DNA of 64,000 nucleotides from Gemmatimonadota bacterium (GTDB lineage: Bacteria; Gemmatimonadota; Gemmatimonadetes; Gemmatimonadales; GWC2-71-9): assembly GCA_036679605.1 (NCBI GenBank), contig JAZDCZ010000011.1, positions 32,001 through 96,000 of the forward strand, in the 5' to 3' direction. Position 1 is the first letter of the stretch; each line of letters begins with the position of its first letter. The position numbers and the translations under genes are program-made. Below the pieces are notes generated by a model. The model was not told the DNA's origin. It saw nothing but the letters and a program-made list of their open reading frames with translations, and searched no databases. Positions 10,218 through 21,003 of this stretch are shown here, piece after piece.

Positions 10218-11759
10218 GTGAGGCGAAGGCGACCGAGTTCGCTGACACGGATGAGGTTCGGCCGGTGGTGCGACGTGGGATTCTCCGCGCTGTTGACCGT
10301 GGCGCTTGCGCCGGCACTCTCCTCGGCTCAGGAAGTCCCGACCTCCTCGGTGGCGTCTCTCCGCCGAGGCTCACCGGACACGGGCCAAACGGTCCCGAGA
10401 CCCCAGCTGGTCGCGTTCACGCACGTCTCCGTGATCCCGATGGACCACCCTGGGACGCTCGAGGACCAAACGGTTATTGTGCGCGACGGACGGATTGCAC
10501 GCATTGGACCGGCCTCGGAGATTACCGTTCCCGACGGTGCCACCGGAATTGACGGCCGCGGCCGGTACCTCCTTCCGGGACTAGCGGATATGCACATGCA
10601 TCTCACGACGCCCGGCGCACTGCTCCTGTATCTTGCAAACGGAGTCACGACCGTCCGGAACATGGCGGGCCGGACTGCGCATCTGGCATGGCGCGATTCG
10701 GTGGCGCACGGCGAGTTGCTTGGGCCCACGATTTACACGGCAGGCCCCATCGTCGACGGCCCGAACCCCATCTGGCCCGGTAGTGCATCGGTCGTGACCG
10801 CGTCCGATGCCGATTCAATCGTCGGCGCGCAACGGGCGGCGGGGTACGACTTCGTCAAGGTGTATGGCGGGTTGTCGTTGGAAGCGTACCGCGCCGTGAT
10901 GGGTGCTGCCCGCCACGCCGGCATGCCGGTTGTCGGCCACCTACCCAACGCGGTCCCGCTGGATACCGCACTCGCCGCCGGACAGGCTTCCATCGAACAC
11001 CTCACGGGCTACGCGGCCCGAGTCACGCCCGACGATCCGGTAGTCGCGATCGACTGGCGCGCTCTCTCGACGGAGGAGATCCGGGTAACCCAGACTTCCC
11101 TGGGGACCGCGCTCCTGGCAGGTACCCTGAGCACCGACGATTTCATTGACGCGGCGCGGCTAAGCGACATCGCTCGGACTACTCGAGCCGGACGTGTTTG
11201 GAACACGCCGACGCTCGTCCTGTTCGAGCGCCCGATCCTTGCCGGTACGAAGCTCGCCGAGGCGCTCGCAGCGCCGGAAATGAAATACGTCTTGCCCGCT
11301 GTGAGGGCATACTGGCCATCGATGGACGCGCGGCCGGATGACCTCACAGCTCCTGTCATGCGCTACCGTGAAGCACAGCTTCAAGTGGGGCAGCGGATCG
11401 TCTTGGCATTGCATCGAGCCGGTGCCCAAATCCTGATGGGCACCGACGCCCCCAATCCGCTCATCATCCCTGGGTTTGCCGTGCAGCGTGAACTCCGGCA
11501 CCTCGTGGACGCCGGCCTGACTCCTTTTCAGGCGCTTGAGACCGCAACCCGCAACGCTGCCGAGTTCCTTGATGCCGCAGACACCTTCGGCACAGTGCGG
11601 GTCGGGATGCGCGCCGATCTGCTCCTGCTGGACGCCAATCCTCTCGCGGACATCGGGAACGTGGCGCGACGTGTCGGCGTCATGGTGCGCGGCCGGTGGC
11701 TGACTGAGGCGCAGTTATTCAGCGCCCTCGACCGTCTGGCTGAGTCGTACGCACGTTAG
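10218..11759 (+). CDS. Amidohydrolase family protein
   Basis: IDGRGRYLLPGLADMHMH, DFVKVY, MGTD, ADLLLLDANPL; start uncertain. Confidence 0.9.
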   Translation: MRRRRPSSLTRMRFGRWCDVGFSALLTVALAPALSSAQEVPTSSVASLRRGSPDTGQTVPRPQLVAFTHVSVIPMDHPGTLEDQTVIVRDGRIARIGPASEITVPDGATGIDGRGRYLLPGLADMHMHLTTPGALLLYLANGVTTVRNMAGRTAHLAWRDSVAHGELLGPTIYTAGPIVDGPNPIWPGSASVVTASDADSIVGAQRAAGYDFVKVYGGLSLEAYRAVMGAARHAGMPVVGHLPNAVPLDTALAAGQASIEHLTGYAARVTPDDPVVAIDWRALSTEEIRVTQTSLGTALLAGTLSTDDFIDAARLSDIARTTRAGRVWNTPTLVLFERPILAGTKLAEALAAPEMKYVLPAVRAYWPSMDARPDDLTAPVMRYREAQLQVGQRIVLALHRAGAQILMGTDAPNPLIIPGFAVQRELRHLVDAGLTPFQALETATRNAAEFLDAADTFGTVRVGMRADLLLLDANPLADIGNVARRVGVMVRGRWLTEAQLFSALDRLAESYAR

Positions 11760-11872
11760 ATGATCGGATCCCGTGATGTCCCAGTCCGGCCGAGTTCCTT
11801 CGCCTATCCGAAGCTTCCGGAGCGCTGGGCGCTGGACCGAAACATCACTAGCGTGGGAGTGTACGTTGCATC

Positions 11873-13132
11873 ATGAGGTACGTGGCAACAATATGGACGT
11901 CACGAGCGTCGTGGATCCTCATTGTCCTCGCACACGCGGCCTGCTCCGACGGAATGCCGACGCAGCCTCCTCCTTCGCCGATCTCCCTCACCCGAGCCGT
12001 GGTCGATCCACTCGTGGCGGGGACCGGCCTATCTGCTCGGCTCCTGCTCTCAGTTGACGGCGTAGAGGGAGACATCGTTCGCGTCGGGCTTTCAACCGGG
12101 ACGCACCTCCTGCGAAACGGGGCTCCGGTTTCGGAAGTCACGCTTCGCGATGACGGCACACAGGGCGACGATGTCGCGGGTGATCGCGTCTTCACAGTGG
12201 ACGGCCTGACCGCACCACTCGACGGCCACCCCGTTGGGTCAACGACGATCGGGACCGTCACCCTTGTTGGGGCAGATGGAGAAGGCGTTGTCGCACGGCC
12301 TCGAATCTCCGTCAGGACGGTCGACGCCGGCCAAATGACCATCCCGGACATCACGCTCCTCACCGACGAGAACCTTCAATTCACGTCCCGAATCGTCGTC
12401 CTCGTGACCCAGGTCGACATGTCAGATTTCGAGAGCGCGCGGGACAGGATCGTCGGACGGTACTACAAGATCTTCCCGGACGACCGCGACTGGCTCGTCT
12501 TGACGCGAGCGCCGCGGGCGACGGAGGAATTCGAAGGCCAGGCCCTCCGGCTCCGAAATGCCGTAAGGGGAATTGGAATAAGGGTGCACACGTCCTTCTC
12601 CATCTTTGGCTCCGCATCGCGGTTGGAATTCGCCGTTGAACTCGTGCGTGATTTCTATTGGCCGAAGGGTGAATTCGATGGTGCGTTTTGTCTGCTGACT
12701 CATGAGCTCATGCACCGCTGGGCGGCCGAGCTGTCAGAGCTCACCGCAAATTCTCATTGGACCAACGCGTTCATCAGAGACGCGTCGGCGTTCGGCTGGG
12801 AGGGTCGGTGTCGATTCAATCCGCTAGAGCTCTACTTGGCTGGGCGTCTCCCGCCCGACTCGGTTGCGGCCAACCTCACGGAAGACGGGTTGAGGATTGA
12901 CGACATCGTCTCACAACACGGTCCCCGTACACCATCCGTCGACCGCTCGCGCTACACGATCGGATTCGTGGTCATCACGGATCGATTCCTCTCCGAGGAC
13001 GAAGTCGCATACTTCCATTACCTGGCCGAGGAGTACACGAAACCCGAGAGCGTGCTCGGGCTCACGTTCGAGGGGGCGTCAGGCGGCCGGATTGCTTTGG
13101 ACGGCGAGCTGCTGCCCATCCGGGTGCCCTAG
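11873..13132 (+). CDS. Lipoprotein with choice-of-anchor X-like domain and HExxH motif
   Basis: AHAAC lipobox; LRDDGTQGDDVAGDRVFT; THELMHRW. Confidence 0.7.
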   Translation: MRYVATIWTSRASWILIVLAHAACSDGMPTQPPPSPISLTRAVVDPLVAGTGLSARLLLSVDGVEGDIVRVGLSTGTHLLRNGAPVSEVTLRDDGTQGDDVAGDRVFTVDGLTAPLDGHPVGSTTIGTVTLVGADGEGVVARPRISVRTVDAGQMTIPDITLLTDENLQFTSRIVVLVTQVDMSDFESARDRIVGRYYKIFPDDRDWLVLTRAPRATEEFEGQALRLRNAVRGIGIRVHTSFSIFGSASRLEFAVELVRDFYWPKGEFDGAFCLLTHELMHRWAAELSELTANSHWTNAFIRDASAFGWEGRCRFNPLELYLAGRLPPDSVAANLTEDGLRIDDIVSQHGPRTPSVDRSRYTIGFVVITDRFLSEDEVAYFHYLAEEYTKPESVLGLTFEGASGGRIALDGELLPIRVP

Positions 13133-13447
13133 CAACTCACCGACTAGCCATGGCGCCGAGGAACACGGGGTTCTGTCAACTTGAGCCGGTGCCCCCCAGA
13201 CTTCGCGAATGAAAACGAATACGAATGGCGACAACTGCCACCGGTTCCCTCGCGAAATCATCAGCCACAGCGTTTGGCTATACCATCGATTTTCCCTGAG
13301 CTTCCGCAAGCTACTGAAGGGGCAGGAGAGCAAGCCGCGGCAATTGGTGACACACAAGTCCGCCGCTGGTTGTTGCAGCCCTTGACGGTCTAGGCAAGCG
13401 AGCCGGTTCCTTCGAAGAACCGTTCGGTGCTACCAAGTCGCTCTTAA

Positions 13448-13765
13448 CCGCCACCGCTCTCGGTGCTCCGATGTCCTATAGGTTGGTCCCGAACGGGATT
13501 CTCGAAATGGTGCCTTGAGATGTTAGAGAGTGACGCTGATCTTCTCAAGGGGCTAACGCGTTCCTCAAGGGGCGAGACGAATGATCCGATTCAAGAGATT
13601 GAGAATGACAACCATTCCGGGCGGAAGGCTCCCGTGCGTATGGGCCATCGGCGTCGTCGCCCTTGCGTGCAGCAATTCTCCCGAAACGCATCCGCGCACT
13701 ACGGTCACCGACAGTTCGGGTATCACCATCGTGCACAACCGCTCCCCTCACCGATCGGGCGTCGA
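13448..13765 (+). repeat. Copy 1 of an inverted duplication (upstream region plus 5' end of propeller gene), containing dyad copy B at 13513-13550
   Basis: Aligns with the reverse complement of 28787-29262. Confidence 0.9.
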
Positions 13766-14579
13766 GACATGGATAATCGCTGACACTCCGTCTCTCGATC
13801 TTGGCGGTGCAACGACTGATCCCAGTCAAGAGCTTTTCTACGTGGCGGGAGCCATGCGTCTCGACGACGGCAGCATTGTGGTTGCCAACGATGGCACCGC
13901 GGAGCTCCGATTCTTCGGCGAGGACGGAACCTTCCTCGGCACCGTGGGTGCCAGAGGCAGTGGCCCCGGCGAGTTCCAGACGCTGTCCGGATTGCTGCGC
14001 TACGGGCCGGATTCGATTGCGGTGTTCGATTCCGAACTCCGACGCCTCACGGTGTACGACCTGACCGGGAACTTCGGGCGGAGTGCTACCCTGTTGCCTG
14101 CTGAGGGTAGCGGGCTTCTACTGGTCGGTGCCGCCCTAGGCGTCTTCGCCGACCGCACGCTATTTCTGCCTACACGGGATCTGTTCAGCGTTCAACGGCG
14201 ACCCGGCGCGATGCGTGGAACTCAGCCATCAATCCACGTCTCCGAAACTGGCACCCTCCTCGACAGCGTTGGGGCCTTCCCCGGCCGTGAGATGTTTATG
14301 CAGACCATAGAAGGCGGCGTTCGCGCCGTTTCGAGGATTTTCGGCCGGTCGACTTTTTACGCCGTGGCCGGAGACAATTTTTTTGTTGGCACGAACGACT
14401 GGTACGAGATCGCACGCTATTCCCCAACGGGTGTACTGCGAGCGCTCATACGGACGGATCACCCACGCAGTCCCGTGCAACGAGGCGATCGGGAGGCGTT
14501 CATACAGGCTCGATTCGAGGGACAGAGTCCCGCCGAACGCCAGGCATACGAACGAGGCTACGGCAAGAGCGATCATTGA
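13581..14579 (+). CDS. 6-bladed beta-propeller lipoprotein, probably C-terminally truncated
   Basis: ALAC lipobox, TDSSGITIVHN, GARGSGPGEF; lacks the last ~80 aa seen in the 17315 paralog. Confidence 0.8.
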   Translation: MIRFKRLRMTTIPGGRLPCVWAIGVVALACSNSPETHPRTTVTDSSGITIVHNRSPHRSGVETWIIADTPSLDLGGATTDPSQELFYVAGAMRLDDGSIVVANDGTAELRFFGEDGTFLGTVGARGSGPGEFQTLSGLLRYGPDSIAVFDSELRRLTVYDLTGNFGRSATLLPAEGSGLLLVGAALGVFADRTLFLPTRDLFSVQRRPGAMRGTQPSIHVSETGTLLDSVGAFPGREMFMQTIEGGVRAVSRIFGRSTFYAVAGDNFFVGTNDWYEIARYSPTGVLRALIRTDHPRSPVQRGDREAFIQARFEGQSPAERQAYERGYGKSDH

Positions 14580-14932
14580 GCTGAAGAGAAGCCCAACGAA
14601 TCAGAATAGGGAGTGAAATCGCTGTGAATCTGGGGCCCGCCGAAGCGAACGAAGGCCATACTGAAAGTCTTTCAGAAGACTGTCCACAGGCACATCAGAC
14701 TGTTCCTGTAAAGTCGACGACTGCCGCCGCGGACCTTATCGTTCGGAAAACGGCTCGCTCCCCCCGACCGGACTCGGCGTCTAGCACGAACCTTCCGTCG
14801 CTACTTGAAACTGTGTTCGCGACAGCACTCCCGTCCACACCTATACCGCAACAAACGCTCCGGTAACCGCCGTCAAGGTCGAATCGGCGCGAACCGTACC
14901 ACAAACTACGGGCTGGAAGGCAACTGAGTTAC

Positions 14933-15178
14933 CTAAGGCACGATTGTCGGTGGTATAGCCGCGAACATCACGGCGATGGCCGCTGCGGTGAAAACGTGCC
15001 ACAACCCGTGACCGACTCTGCCGAGTACGCCGGTGTGCTTGTCTATCAGCCACACAATGATCGCGAGCACGAACAGGCCGAGGCTGTACAACCCCAGCGT
15101 GGTGTTGCCGCTCGTAAATACACCCACCGAGATGAGTGCCAACAAGAGCGCCATGCGCGCCATCAGATTTCCGTCCAA
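14933..15178 (-). pseudogene. C-terminal fragment of a membrane protein (CREST/ceramidase-like)
   Basis: Hydrophobic helices and GHGLWHVFTA; no N-terminal part. Confidence 0.5.
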
Positions 15179-15251
15179 TAGCCGGCCATGTGGAGCGCCC
15201 CGGGGGGTGCGCTAGACTCCCGAGGAAGGTCTTATGTGAAGACCTGTATCT

Positions 15252-15379
15252 TCGTTGTTGTCGTTCCGAGATATAGGCACAAGGTGGGGCGGATTGGTTG
15301 CAGCGGCCATCAGTTGAGTATGAAGCCACCAGACGACAGCACTTAGGGGGCCTCCTGCATTAGTGGGAGGCCCCCCGTT
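15252..15379 (+). repeat. ~127 bp repeat R1 ending in a GGGGCCTCC-TGCATTAGT-GGGAGGCCCC hairpin
   Basis: Closely matches 16231-16357; hairpin at 15346-15376. Confidence 0.92.
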
Positions 15380-15446
15380 GTATTTCGGCGGTTTCTGCTG
15401 GCCTTCTCGGCCCATTTGACCAGCGCCATAACGTGACGCGATGCGC

Positions 15447-16169
15447 CTATCGGTTCTCGGGCAGGCTGTAGATGACCTTACCCGTCTCATCCAAGAAATC
15501 GAGTTTGGGCGTTCCGTCAGCCGGAACCATCATTCTAATGCACGGCTTGCCTTTGATGTCGTACATCATCATCAAAACTGTGTTGTCGCGTACCTTGCCG
15601 AAGAAAAGCCGCCGAGTAGTGAGTTCGTTATTATCGATCATCGCTTGAATTGCGGCCTTTTTGGCTGTTTCATCTGCTATTCTATTGGCGGCTTCATACT
15701 TGGCGTTCACAACGTCAGACGGAAGATTAGGCTGCTGCCACAATTCCAAGCCGGTTGTGTACGTTCCATTGTCGCTTTCCAGGTACCGGAACCCGATGGT
15801 CTGATCGTTTCTTACCTTGTCGAAGGTCAACGAGCCGAAATGCCCGTTCCCGCCGTTCTCGCCGAATACCAACCCGCCCATTTCGTCCCCAAGATGATTG
15901 AAGAAAATCATGCCGGGTGGACGCGGCCCACTGCGCTCGATGACCTTGCCGTTCACAATGCCGGGATGCTGACGTTCCTGGTTGGATATGACCATCCTCA
16001 ATTGACCGTCGGCTTCCACAATGTTGATGCGCTCGACATCGATCTCCTCGAAACGCACTTGTGTGTCGTGGATGGCAAAGGCGGACAGTAGAAACACCGC
16101 GCAGATCGTAGTCGCCACAACTGCATAGATCTTTAGGGCACGCACCTCTTTTTCGAGTCTCGCTTCCAT
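15447..16169 (-). CDS. Hypothetical protein with N-terminal membrane anchor
   Basis: MEARLEKEVRALKIYAVV.., FEEIDVERINIVEADGQLRMVISN; lower GC than the window as a whole. Confidence 0.8.
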   Translation of the reverse strand: MEARLEKEVRALKIYAVVATTICAVFLLSAFAIHDTQVRFEEIDVERINIVEADGQLRMVISNQERQHPGIVNGKVIERSGPRPPGMIFFNHLGDEMGGLVFGENGGNGHFGSLTFDKVRNDQTIGFRYLESDNGTYTTGLELWQQPNLPSDVVNAKYEAANRIADETAKKAAIQAMIDNNELTTRRLFFGKVRDNTVLMMMYDIKGKPCIRMMVPADGTPKLDFLDETGKVIYSLPENR

Positions 16170-16230
16170 AGTAGCAACGTCTCTTTTCAGAAGGGTCAAG
16201 GTGAGCTGGGGTCCACCCAGGTCATCAAGC

Positions 16231-16357
16231 TCGTTGGGTTGTCGTTCCGAGATATAGACGCACGGTAAGGCGGGTTGGTTGCAGCAGCCATCAGTTGAGT
16301 ATGACGCCACCAGACGACAGCACTAGGGGGCCTCCTGTATTAGTGGGAGGCCCCGTT
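16231..16357 (+). repeat. ~127 bp repeat R2 with hairpin at 16326-16354
   Basis: Direct repeat of R1. Confidence 0.92.
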
Positions 16358-16462
16358 CCTTTTTGGCGGTCTGCATGACGAGTGTAACCTTTGACCCCTG
16401 AGCGGCATTTACTATTTGTGGACGGGGAATACCGTTAGTATTGCCGTGCGAGGGATCAACTC

Positions 16463-16753
16463 ATGAGTGGTTACACCGAAGCGGTCCTGTCTGCGGCAGG
16501 TCTCCTTGCTTTCTTCGTACTACTGATACTTTTTGAGCTGTGGATGCTTGGACGGCTCGGTTATGACGTACTTGCACACCTGGAGGCTTCCAGGAAGAAG
16601 GAAAAATCGCTCAGCTTCAGGTTTGAAGCCTTCGGGGTCGTGGCCTTTGTTCTCGTGCAACCGATTGTGTTTACATGGATAGTCTCAAGGCTCTCAAGAG
16701 GATTGACGGAGATAGTTCAACAAACAATGCACTTCATGCTCCGTTTACCTTAG
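16463..16753 (+). CDS. Small membrane protein
   Basis: 96 aa, two hydrophobic helices, GAGG upstream; stop codon runs into hairpin copy 3. Confidence 0.6.
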   Translation: MSGYTEAVLSAAGLLAFFVLLILFELWMLGRLGYDVLAHLEASRKKEKSLSFRFEAFGVVAFVLVQPIVFTWIVSRLSRGLTEIVQQTMHFMLRLP

Positions 16754-16790
16754 GGCCTCCTGCATTAGTGGGAGGCCCCGTTGTTTGTTC
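16753..16790 (+). terminator. Hairpin copy 3 (terminator-like)
   Basis: GGGCCTCCTGCATTAGTGGGAGGCCCC followed by GTTGTTTGTT, between convergent genes. Confidence 0.75.
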
Positions 16791-16816
16791 TGGGAGTGGG
16801 TCAATTTGAGAGGCAA

Positions 16817-17014
16817 TCATGCCATACTTGGGCCGGCCTCAACTCTCTCCAGTGTGTCGGGTAGAAATGCTCTGCCTTGAGGCTCCTTGTTATCATCAAA
16901 CCAAGTGCATGAGGCCTCGTCATCCCCACCAACAGCTTTGTGGAAGCCATCAACCGTCATGTCGGGGCCACCCGACTTCAGTTTCACGGTGTCACCGATT
17001 TTGAACTCTGGCAT
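16817..17014 (-). CDS. YodC/DUF2158 family small protein
   Basis: FKIGDTVKLKSGGPDMTV..CTWFD..F..DTL; GAGG ribosome-binding site. Confidence 0.88.
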   Translation of the reverse strand: MPEFKIGDTVKLKSGGPDMTVDGFHKAVGGDDEASCTWFDDNKEPQGRAFLPDTLERVEAGPSMA

Positions 17015-17119
17015 TTGTTCCTCCTATATCGTGAGATTTGGGAGCCGAGTAGAGGCAAGAAGCCCTCCGAGAACTAGAAGTACAACCCGTAGCCTGTCAG
17101 CACTGAGAACCCGTCTGTG

Positions 17120-17228
17120 TGTCGTGGCCAGCCTAGCCGGTATCCTACTCCGACCCTGGGTCTGGCGCCAGGCCGTGACCGGATCAGCCCACCAAACGAC
17201 AGCACTTCGGGGGGCCTCCCTTGTGGGA
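17120..17228 (+). repeat. Hairpin-family copy 4 (degenerate)
   Basis: TGTCGT..70 nt..ACGACA, with CCACCAAACGACAGCACTTCGGGGGGCCTCCC matching the R1/R2 3' part. Confidence 0.7.
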
Positions 17229-17314
17229 ACTTGGTCCAAATCACAATCACCCCACACTCCGAGTCACTATTCAGAAAGCCTGCTGGTGTTTCAGCGGGAC
17301 CATCCGCAGTTTAC

Positions 17315-18546
17315 TTAATTAGACGGTGAGCTCTGACGTGCTCGACGTCAAACTCGTCGCGCCAAATTCCCCAAATGGCATCGTCGGTGATCTGCATGAT
17401 CGCCAAGCCCACTGGAGTGGCGACAGTGGCAATGACAGTACCTGACGGACTAAACACCGTCCACGAAGGATCGTCGTGGCCCGGCCGCCGAGCCGCTTCC
17501 ACCCACACGTTGCCCAACGTGTCAACGACGAGCGCGGCAAACGCCGGCATCGTTTCGCGATGTGGTAGCCGGTCGAGAAGCTGGCGGCGGCGGCGACGCT
17601 GTTCCTCGGTGTCAAAGCTTGCCAGATCACGCTCCCGCAACGCCCTCACATCGTCGTCGGTGACGGGAATGTAATCATGCGCCAACGTCAATGAGGCCGT
17701 GGCCCGGCTCCCAAGTTCAAGACCCTGGATATTGTACGCGTCCGTGTTGCCAAGATACAGTACCTTCCGCGACACGGCCGCCCGTAATTCTCGGCCAAAG
17801 AACAGTTCGGCGGTCGAAAAGCCTCCGCTCCGATTCTTGAGTACGAAGCGTTCGGCACCGGCAAACGGCCCCAGGGTGTCTATTAGGACTCCCTTGGCAT
17901 CGAAGTGAAGATACGTAACGCTGTCGGTGAACAAGCCGGTCTGACTGGCATACATCGCGTCGACGTTTGGCCCGCGAGTTGCGACTAGCGAACCATCGTC
18001 AAAGGACCCAATAAGCTTTGGCAAAAAGCCAGGCAGAGGATCAAGGCGGAATCCGCGGGCATATCTTCCCTGGCTGTCGAAAACCGAGATTCGCGGCATC
18101 CGGGGATCCCAAACTCCAATCGAATCCCCACGGTAACGCCCCATCCACCAAAAACTCTTGAACTCGCCCGGTCCACCTCCCTCACGACCGCTGCTGGAAA
18201 GAAACCGGCCTTCGCTGTCAAAGAACCGCAACTCCCTTGTACCACCATTGCCCACCACTATTCGACCGTCAGGCATGAGCAAAATCGCACGCACGAGAAA
18301 GAACTCCTCGTTCAGATCGCCGGTGTCGCCGATAGTTAGAAACGGTCGCGGTGCAACGTCCCATCGCCACCCTTGGAGAGCGGCATCACCCCGATCGGTA
18401 GCGCCCGTGCGGCGCCCGTGTGAAGGACTAAAACCAAACAACAATGCGATAAGGACCGCGGCTCCATAGAGGTGCACACGGCGATCTGGCTGGGAATTCC
18501 TTCGAAACCGGATACGGAAAAGCTGTCCGCACATCGAAAACCTCAC
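17315..18546 (-). CDS. 6-bladed beta-propeller protein
   Basis: MPDGRIVVGNGG, GREGGGPGEF, VDTLGNVWV, RDEFDVEHV. Confidence 0.85.
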
Positions 18547-18874
18547 GAAATAAAGTTGGTGTCGATGTCAGCGCCGAGGGAGCCGACATATGCTAAGGGA
18601 TCAATTACCCCAGAAGGGGCGTGTTTGTTACCAAGTTCGTCATCCGCTACGCGCACGGAGCTTCGCGTGGGTGACGTGATTGAGGACTATGCCCCGAGGA
18701 CCTTCAGGCTCAATCGGCTGGCAGAGCGCTCGTGTTGCCGACTTGACCGTTCGCCGGGGAGACTCGCATATCGTCATCGAGGTTAATCCGTGGATGTCTC
18801 GGGGTGGCTGGCACCGCGGTTTGATCGGGGACCCCGATTTGGTCGGTTGGTTCTTCCGGTAGGCCGGCATTTAT

Positions 18875-18900
18875 GGGGGCCTCCGGCATTAGTGGGAGCC
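18875..18900 (+). repeat. Hairpin-family copy 5 (degenerate)
   Basis: GGGGGCCTCCGGCATTAGTGGGAGCC, 12 nt after the TAG of a short ORF fragment. Confidence 0.75.
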
Positions 18901-19200
18901 TGTCGCGTTTCGAACTTTCTGAAGCACTGGTCAAATGAAGTATCCGGGCTTGATTGACAGCGCCGACGAGGGCCGGTAGCAGAAATAAGTCGGCCGGGAC
19001 GAATCTCGATCTTGCGTTCGCGCTTCGCAGCAGCGCGTCGGAGTAAAACCTGCTGAGAATCCTCTTGTCCAGCAAATCCCCACCTACGTCTTCAACTCCT
19101 CTAAGAAATGCGCGACTCCAAAACCGGAGGGTGCAGGTTGATCTTCGGATTATCGTTCCGACGATCCTCGGCACGCCTTCCTAACACCCGCGCGACAAGT

Positions 19201-19935
19201 CTATTCGCCATGCCCCAGAACGTAGATGACCCAAGGAGCTATCGCGGTCTCGCTCACCCACGAGTACGGTTCCGTCTGATTCGCCAAGGGCCAGCAGGTC
19301 TTGATCGGCACCAACTCCGCGCGCTTGTACACCTCATCGTAGTCCTGGTGCGTCCAGAGAATGTCCTCAACGGGGCGCTTGTCCTCCACGTCAAGCATCA
19401 CAATCCGTACCTTATCCCCGCTCGCCGCAGTGCGGTTCTCAGGAAAGTCCTTCGTGGAGAAGGAGGCCCATTCGTTGACGTAGATCTCCGGGGACGAGAC
19501 AAGATTCACGATGCGCCCCCCGTCCTTCAGCAGATGCTTCAAGGACCGGAAGAGCGCGACTTTCTTCTCCATCGTGGGGATATTGTCAAAGGTGAACGCG
19601 GACAGCGCGAGATCAAAGGTGCCCGACGCTAACTCGCTGAGGTCGCCGTCATGCACGAGACGATACTCCCCCTGCGGGTCACGCTCCCGAGCCTGTGCGA
19701 TCATGTGCTCCGCGATGTCAACTCCCACCACCGGATCGAAGCCGAGTTCAAGCAAGAACCGCGTCGAACGTCCCGTTCCGCACCCGAAGTCCAGGGCCTT
19801 CGTGCCTTGGATGTGGGCGCCAATAATCGCCGGCAAATCCCGGTAAGCCAAGTAGTATGTCCCGGGGAACTCGAGCTTGGCGTAGGCGTCCGCACGCGCC
19901 TTGTCGTCGTAGACGTTGGAGAACTCTGCGTTCAT
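19201..19935 (-). CDS. Class I SAM-dependent methyltransferase
   Basis: ALDFGCGTG motif I, VGVD, LLKDGGRI. Confidence 0.92.
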   Translation of the reverse strand: MNAEFSNVYDDKARADAYAKLEFPGTYYLAYRDLPAIIGAHIQGTKALDFGCGTGRSTRFLLELGFDPVVGVDIAEHMIAQARERDPQGEYRLVHDGDLSELASGTFDLALSAFTFDNIPTMEKKVALFRSLKHLLKDGGRIVNLVSSPEIYVNEWASFSTKDFPENRTAASGDKVRIVMLDVEDKRPVEDILWTHQDYDEVYKRAELVPIKTCWPLANQTEPYSWVSETAIAPWVIYVLGHGE

Positions 19936-20781
19936 CTTGACTTCCTCTGAGCCGCAGCCGGCCAACTCGCGGCGCGACGCCTGTCTCCCCAGTAGGGTTT
20001 GAGAAAGTCCTTCCGGCGCGGCGGGATTGCCCGCTCCTCACCTGTGTATGTCACTGTGCACGGGACAGAAAGTCGTCCATGCTCAGCTCGTAACCCGTCT
20101 TTCCGGGCTGGACGTCCTCCAGAAATGGAGCCCGGTGCTGGTCCTTAACCGTCGCAAGCTCGCGTACCTCGTACCTGCACCAGGTCGACTGTGCAGAGGC
20201 CAGGGTCACGTGCAGCAACAAGAGTGGCAGCGTCGTCAGCAAACTAGCAATCCTGAACACAGTCTTCCGTGCAGACAAGCTAACCCCAATATGCTCGGCC
20301 CGTCCATCAGGATAGTCTTCTACATCACAGTCTGGCTCGTTGGAAAGCGGGGAAGGGGTCGGCTCAGTGCCGGCGCCTTTGTTTCCGTAACCTCGTCACC
20401 CTCCGGGTTACGATCGGCCGCACAAGCGATTCTCGGGCGTCGGTTAACGACGTACGAACCATCCGAAAGCCGGCTAGATCGTAGGTGTATGGCATGCTCT
20501 CCGCCCTCGGGTGGACCCAAGACGGCGACCTCCGTTGTCGGTACGAAGATCATGCGAAGTAGTGGTCATTGCAAGGATCCAATTGGCATCTCGACAAGGA
20601 TATCAATTGGACCGAGCCCCTTCGTTATTGAGAATGCGCGGACCGGACATACGTGTTGGTCGACGGACGGTCTCTATCCGTAAGTAGACACAGTCGTCGC
20701 GCGAAAGGTTGCGCGGTTCCGCCCCCGGTGTCGTGCCGGATCGATCGGACCGTTACGGTGGCACCATGTATGCCTGCGGGA

Positions 20782-20973
20782 GTTGAGTGGCCACCCCAAT
20801 GTTGCTGCGATTGGTCCCTTGCGGGTCACGGAGAACTGGAGAACTTGGTTCTCTAACTCTGGTTGTTGCGGTGAGCTCTGAGTTGCGAGATAGCAATGCC
20901 AGGATTACCAGGACTATGGTGCGGCGGCTTCGTGGGCACTGATAATGCAGCTCCAACCGCGCGGCGTGGAAGC
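20782..20973 (+). repeat. ~190 bp direct repeat, copy 1
   Basis: Starts GTTGAGTGGCCACCCCAATGTTGCTG; matches 22868-23059. Confidence 0.92.
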
Positions 20974-21003
20974 TTGGGACCTGAAGGGAGTATTGAAGGT
21001 ATC

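Noticed and set aside
14820..14829. CGACAGCACT as a sixth hairpin-family copy
   Set aside because: Only 10 nt match and no hairpin follows
15265..15331. tRNA or tRNA-derived att site (CCACCA end)
   Set aside because: No T-arm GTTCRA motif and no convincing acceptor stem
15346..18900. CRISPR array
   Set aside because: Spacings are 0.4-1.7 kb and contain genes; no cas genes
17265..20012. IS1182/IS5-like terminal words at ~17270, ~19050 and ~19996
   Set aside because: Too short, not properly paired, no transposase or target duplication
20051..20700. Short ORFs as intact genes
   Set aside because: Fragmentary: a signal-like start without a recognisable body
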